NCBI GenBank assembly: GCA_964199315.1
Contig: OZ116698.1
Coordinates: 10,540,001-10,604,000, forward strand
DNA length: 64,000 nucleotides
Direction: 5' to 3'
Source: Orbicella franksi
Taxonomy: Eukaryota
Shown: one piece after another, positions 58,801 through 64,000 of the stretch
Position numbering within the stretch: the first letter of the stretch is position 1
Layout: every line of letters starts with the position of its first letter
Program-made: the position numbers and the translations under genes
Notes under the pieces: generated by a model
Seen by the model: only the letters and a program-made list of their open reading frames with translations
The model's database searches: none
Told to the model about the DNA's origin: nothing

Positions 58801-61800
58801 TTCTAAGTTGCTCAAAAGCAAACAGCAGCTCTTTCAGTACTTAAACAAGGATTGCAGTTCCTCTGAAAATGCAGTCGTAAAGAGAAAGCGGTCAAAAAGT
58901 GACTTTTAATAGGTCACAAACGAGAGCGCTGGGAAGAAAGGAGAGTTAGAAGTCGAGCCCCACCCCCCCCCCCCCTCCCCTTCCCCAACCCCGCTAGCTC
59001 GTTCCTCTCGTTCGCAGGTGAATCTGCTCGCAGCTTGTGGATGCGAAATGGGACACTTTATAAGGGAAAGAGAAGTTTCATCCATAACAGTTCTTCCTTC
59101 AGCATACCTCCGCGAAAGCCTTGACGCTTTGAAATGCTCGCTGATGAACTAACCAGTGTCTGTCGCTGACCAGCGAGGAAAACATGGCCGAAATGTCACC
59201 AAGCACTGCAGGCTAAATATGGAAAAACATGATAATCAGACAAAAAATAAATTAGTTATATTTAGAGTGGAAGCCGTATCAGCCCTAGCTGGTTTTCACG
59301 GGGATCCTCTATCCAGGACGAGTTGGAATTTGAAAATGCCTCGACTAACAGTAACAAATCACAATATGACACCAGCTTCTACCAACAGTAGATCGCAACA
59401 AACACAGTAATTATACTTTGATTTTGTGCAACTGTAAATTCTCTGGAAATTTTACCGAAAAATAATGTAAGTCAAAAATAATGTATGTTAAAACATGGAA
59501 TTTCTGAAAGAGATTGCAGTCTTTCTTCAGTAAGAGTCTGTACAGTTTTAGAAACATTTTTAGCCTTTTATTATATATTTTAGGTCAGCGATATGATATT
59601 AACTCACTCGTTGACAGACATTTTGGGTCAACCTCCCACCTGAAGGTGTTCTGGGATATCCTTATTGCCGCATTTCCCAAGAAACTGTGCGGCCGCTTCG
59701 CGAAGTTCCAGACTGGGCCAGTTACCAAGAAGACTTCTTACACCACTTATTATCTGAGTTCAAATCAGAAAGCTACAAATGTAAAAATACATTTTCACTT
59801 TCTTCTCTCTGCAGAGGCTGTTCGTATACGAGTGCATAATTATAGCAAGACTGGGCTGAGGGAAATCCCCATACGAACCTGAATTCTTTTCTCCATGTGC
59901 TTAGTTTGCCAGCTGATTAGCAACAATGAAAAACATTATGCACCCTTTTTACGGTAAAAGTGGCTATGTACAAAGTTACCTAGAAACTCGAAGAAACCCG
60001 CCTTAGAATATACGTTTTTTAAAAAGCAAAAACCACTAAAGGAGTGATAGTAAAAAAATAATTTTTTTTTTTCAAGATGAGTCATCTTTGATATAGCTCC
60101 TATAATATTTCTATTTTCCATTACAATATGATCGAACGTATGTAGGGAAATTTCCAGCAACGTTGTAGTTTCTGAAAGAATTTGCATCGCATCCACCTTG
60201 AATTTTACTGTAAAAAAATAAACCGTGAAAAGGGCTGTTGTTATCTTTTATCACAAATTAAATGGACTAGAGAGCTCTGCAAACACAATTAATGTCGACA
60301 ACGACGTACTTTATAAAAGTATGTTGTACCTTTGCGTAGTCTTCGGGTTGGATCTGAGGAAGCAGAGTAGACGATAAGTCCATTAACTCACACCAGGTCT
60401 TGATACCAAGTCGCTGAAAAAGAAAAAACAAGTCGCACCTCTAAATTCAAATATCGGCAACTTTTAATCAGGTACTTTCCACTCTTGTACCTTTACGGGC
60501 ATTTAGTTTCAAGACATTTATATGTAGTCAGCAAACTAAAAAAACTTGGTATACGAGTGCACTTTGCAAGGAAAGAAGAAGCAGCTGACACATCTTGATC
60601 GTAAGCTGAAATTTCCGCGAACATTTCAACAAACGTCTTCGAGGCTTGCCGCTACGTTGGAGACAAAGTTGTTTTTAGTCAATTAGGTTGACTGACTAGA
60701 CAAGCAGTGACGTATCAACGGTCACCGGTGAAAACACGTTCTGAAAACTCAAAAGAGCTAACGCTATCTGTGATTTTGGGTCCAACGCTGTTTTGTAAGA
60801 GTACACTTACTTTTACATGCTCTTTCCCTTGGCTGCAGCGAGACCACAAGTTGTTGATGAGCCCCATCACGGCCGAGTGGTGAACAGGAGGGACATAACC
60901 TACTGCCTGAGGAAGGCTGTACACACGGCAGAGGCAACACAAGTAGCGGGACTTAGGAAGCAATCAAATACAATAGACACAATCAGTAGAGAAGACTACA
61001 CAGTAACGACTTGATTTAAACTACAACGACGACCAAAATAAGGTAACGAGATGAGATCAGAAGATATGCGGAGCAAACTTGGATGGAAATAAGAATGAAT
61101 AAGGCGAGGTTAGGTAGATTGCATGAATAAGGCAAACATTCTGTACTGAAAAATTCTGAAAAAAAAAATGACTTACTATTATTGATACTCACTCAGCGCT
61201 TTGTGTCGAATAAAACACTCCTCTAATGACCGACCTGACCAGCATCATTTCTTATAACAGGAACCCCTACATGTATTGTAACCTCATCACAAATTCTAAG
61301 ATCGAAGAAGCTGCTACAGGCAGATCGACTGATTGATGAAAGTTCTAAGAAACGTCAAGACAAACCGAAAAAATATGAAAGATTTTTTTTTACTGATCTA
61401 AATGCTGCAGACTGAAATCGTGTGTGTTCTAGGGGATAGACGGCAGACTGAGAGAAAGAGGCGTCTCTCCCCCCAGTCCTCATCTCAACTCACTCAATAC
61501 ACAAATCATTCACACTTGTGTTAAAGCTACGGTGTTTCATACCTGGAGGTCGTCGTCTTTAGGTGGTTTACTCGTCGTAGTCCCTGCCGAGTGACAAACT
61601 TTAACGCACAGAGGAACAAGAGCACGGCAAGCCTAAAAGTCAAGGAAATTTCGTTAACAATTTTTCACAGTTATAACCTTCCAGTGGAATCTAACTTAAT
61701 CTGCTAAAGCTAATTCCACTTCAGCTAGCCTTTGCTATGCCAATCTGCGGATAGACGAGGCTCTTGACATCAATTAGAATACTTTTGCTTTACTATTCCG

Positions 61801-63944
61801 ATGTTTTGATTTCTCACCCAACCCCACTCGTATTCTGTCTTTGCTGTGCTCTCTCTCTCTTTCAGTTTCTGTCCGGGGGAAATCCCACATGAAAAGGTCT
61901 AGGCTGTTCGTCGGAAAATTGGAATAAAACCCCTAAAAGACACAAATCTGACCGTGGCTTTATTTGACTCTTAACAAAAGATACCACTTTCAAAACGGTC
62001 AGGCAGCGTTTTTTAACATTATTTCTTCCAGTGCATAAGACCAAAATCTGCGATGCAGGAGCTCTCCAAATGGGAGTCTCCCCTGGGCATTTCTGTTGTT
62101 GTTGTTGTTGTTTTTTTTTACCTTTTTCTTGACGCTCTCAGGCATGTCTTGCAAAGGAAAAACGCACCATGCGGAGACGTTTTCTTCCTTTGATGGTGGA
62201 AAAGAGGTAACAAGAGTTTCCTAGAAAATTGAAATGTTTTTTAAGCATAACGGAAATGCTACGAATACAAAACTTAAATATCCTGCTCATGACAGAAAGG
62301 AAAGTGAGAAACTGTTTAAGAACTAACCATCAACCAACCGCGAAAATTAAATGTAATTTGTATCACATCCACGTCTAGTCTACAAATGTATATCTAATGT
62401 GAATTCAGAGAAACAGTTGAGCAAACTGCAGTTCACTAAAATTACCAAATTACGTTTATTTATAGCACTATAGCTAGGCATAAGTACGTATTCAGCATCA
62501 TGTGGTGCGATTTACGAACGCTTTATTATTACACTGTACATACTTGATGTTCAACAGCCATAAGACGAGCCAGACGCTGAATGAGCATTGACAAGTGGAG
62601 ATAAGCAGCTTCCGCTGTAGGTAACTTTAACAGCTGTAAAATAAACCTGGCGTTAATGTTGAAAGACGTTTGTCCGATGAAGTGTTCATGGTGAGGTTTA
62701 AAAGAGTGAGGTATAAAAGGCAAGAGTGTCTCACTGCTTTCCCTGTTGACAATCATCTTCCCTATTGAGCTGAACTACTGGAGGTCTGAGGTTTTAGCAT
62801 GACGACACCTTAAAGTTGCTTCATGAAGGGGATGATTTCACACAATTCAAGGCACAGACTTACTTTGCAAATTTCAGCTGAGCTAAAATCAGGTGATGGG
62901 TGTGTCAAATTAAAACAGATGCACGTGAAACAATACTCTTAGATCGGACAAGTAATGTGAATTTGACTAAGACTAGGAATTGGGTGAGCCTTTTACCCTT
63001 GACCACATGCAACAGGGAACTCCTCGTGCTTGTTTTCCTTTCAATTTTTTTAATGGCATGATGTTAATTCAGAGATTTTAAGCCTTACCAGTTGAGTAAG
63101 AACTGACACGTGTCCAGCACACAGTTCAGCAGAGCCCCACCTGGTGATCGAGACAGCAGAGTTCTAATTATGTTAAATGCGCCTCCTGAGGTCACATATA
63201 TGACAATAATTGTGACTACAGTGACTTACGTCTTGAAATAGTCAAATGATCAGTGACTGAATGCCTGAGCGTTACCCTTGCGCAGAGTAAGACAAGAAGC
63301 AATATTCACGCAGTGTGTTATAGAAAGTAGCCCCAGCAGGATTGATATAACACATTAAACACATCCACTTATTACCTGGCCATGAAGCACCAAACATCAT
63401 TAGCAAGCAATGCACACAGTAGATCATCTTGAAGGACATGCTCCAGTAGACACCTTTCCTGAAAGAAGAGGAAATTTACAGACGATATCCACACAACAGC
63501 AGCTACATGTAGTAGGGTCATTCAACCAGCAGGAGGGCAGCTGGTTTTCACAAGCGGGCAAAACTTTTTCCAACTGAACATCTTTTCAAGAAAAACAAAA
63601 ACTTTCCTATAGATAGTCAAACCAGGTGGGCAAAATCATCCTCACAGCCAGTCAATTTGCCAGGGGTCTGGCCCTTAATGAAACCCATCAAACCTGGGTG
63701 TGACATCAGTGAAAGTCTTACTACCTCCAACTGAGACAAAAACTACATGTCTTACCCCTTGACAGACACACAAATTCCCAACCTCATCGCCCACCCCCCC
63801 CCCCTCCCTGCCCCTCCACCTTCTTCCTTCATCTAATCACAGTCCTAATCAATGGTACTCACCACAACAGAGAAACATGTTGCCGGTGTAGAGGCTACAA
63901 GTGAACACATTCTGGTACAGACATGCTCATAGAAAGTTACTTCC
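55828..63944 (-). CDS. FIRRM: FIGNL1-interacting regulator of recombination and mitosis (C1orf112) homologue, 3' portion; 5' exons lie beyond the window
   Basis: Exons: 63863-63944, 63376-63458, 63089-63140, 62544-62633, 62122-62220, 61543-61632, 60811-60951, 60330-60413, 59640-59753, 59108-59212, 58574-58651, 57869-57907, 57461-57613, 56534-56584, 55828-55986. All are GT-AG and phase-compatible. The spliced protein reads ..LLANDVWCFMARWGSAELCAGHV..LHLSMLIQRLARLMAVEHQ..MFSSLVSDRHWLVHQRAFQSVKAFAE..PEPKRLKR..DELYTEA. This is colinear with vertebrate C1orf112 as I remember it (DVWCFLARYGTAELCAHHV; LADRSWLLEQHTLEAFTQFAE). No database search was run. Confidence 0.85.
57013..57408. mobile_element. 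MITE with CAGGG-type (hAT-like) ends
   Basis: CATGGCTCGTAC / GTACGAGCCCTG inverted ends (one mismatch). Multiple internal TTCCATGACTTTCC repeats. GATTA on both flanks. Confidence 0.7.
57614..57868 (-). other. U12-type (minor spliceosome) GT-AG intron in FIRRM
   Basis: 5' site GTATCCTTAA. Branch-like TTCTTTAAC (57626-57634) with its A 13 nt from the 3' end. No polypyrimidine tract next to the AG. The flanking exons join in frame. Confidence 0.8.
61873..62087. mobile_element. MITE-like element related to 19205-19581
   Basis: Ends CCGGGGGAAATCCCACATG and ATGGGAGTCTCCCCTGGG, plus the shared internal block. Confidence 0.55.
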
Positions 63945-64000
63945 CTGTCAGCAAAGAAAACGTAAAGGATGTTACTTTATCCTATTCAAATTTACTCATG

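Noticed and set aside
59760-60700. Alternative FIRRM exons RQASKTFVEMF.. (about 60555-60655) and SYGDFPQPS.. (about 59800-59880)
   Set aside because: They are phase-compatible with each other but would need a 45-nt intron and do not match the family. Exon 60330-60413 fits instead.
62864-62882. 19-nt microexon (SAEICK) with a GTAAGT donor in a FIRRM intron
   Set aside because: The flanking true exons already join in phase 0, so inclusion would frameshift. It cannot be excluded as a poison exon, but nothing supports it.
276-63944. Functional cluster linking REJ receptors, CAP protein and FIRRM (fertilisation/meiosis theme)
   Set aside because: Adjacency alone is not evidence in an animal genome, and no shared regulatory signal is visible.
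1-64000. CRISPR arrays, rRNA genes or prokaryotic operons
   Set aside because: None seen. The only regular arrays are a coding minisatellite and simple microsatellites, and the genes are spliceosomal.

Overview
Eukaryotic, intron-rich animal DNA, most likely a stony coral or related anthozoan. That assignment is inferred from gene content and repeat families I recognise, not proven. I reconstructed four protein-coding genes by hand from GT-AG sites and intron phases. (1) A 5'-incomplete polycystin-1-like (REJ/GAIN-GPS/PLAT/channel) gene, + strand, 276-10680. (2) Its tandem paralogue, + strand, about 12257-28884, apparently complete (about 2201 aa) and starting signal peptide-FN3-EGF-REJ. (3) A convergent - strand gene, 52090-31103 (about 3692 aa), with five GAPR-1/GLIPR2-type CAP domains, a decayed sixth CAP relic, a 15-nt microexon and one 8.1-kb Glu-rich exon carrying about 13 tandem 48-aa repeats. 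(4) The 3' part of a FIRRM/C1orf112 homologue, - strand, 63944-55828, with a U12-type intron; most of its exons are missing from the ORF track. Introns hold a young truncated Penelope element with two inverted hammerhead ribozymes, two tRNA-derived SINE families, LINE fragments, several MITEs and microsatellites. The multi-CAP giant acidic protein is the strongest candidate for an undescribed system.
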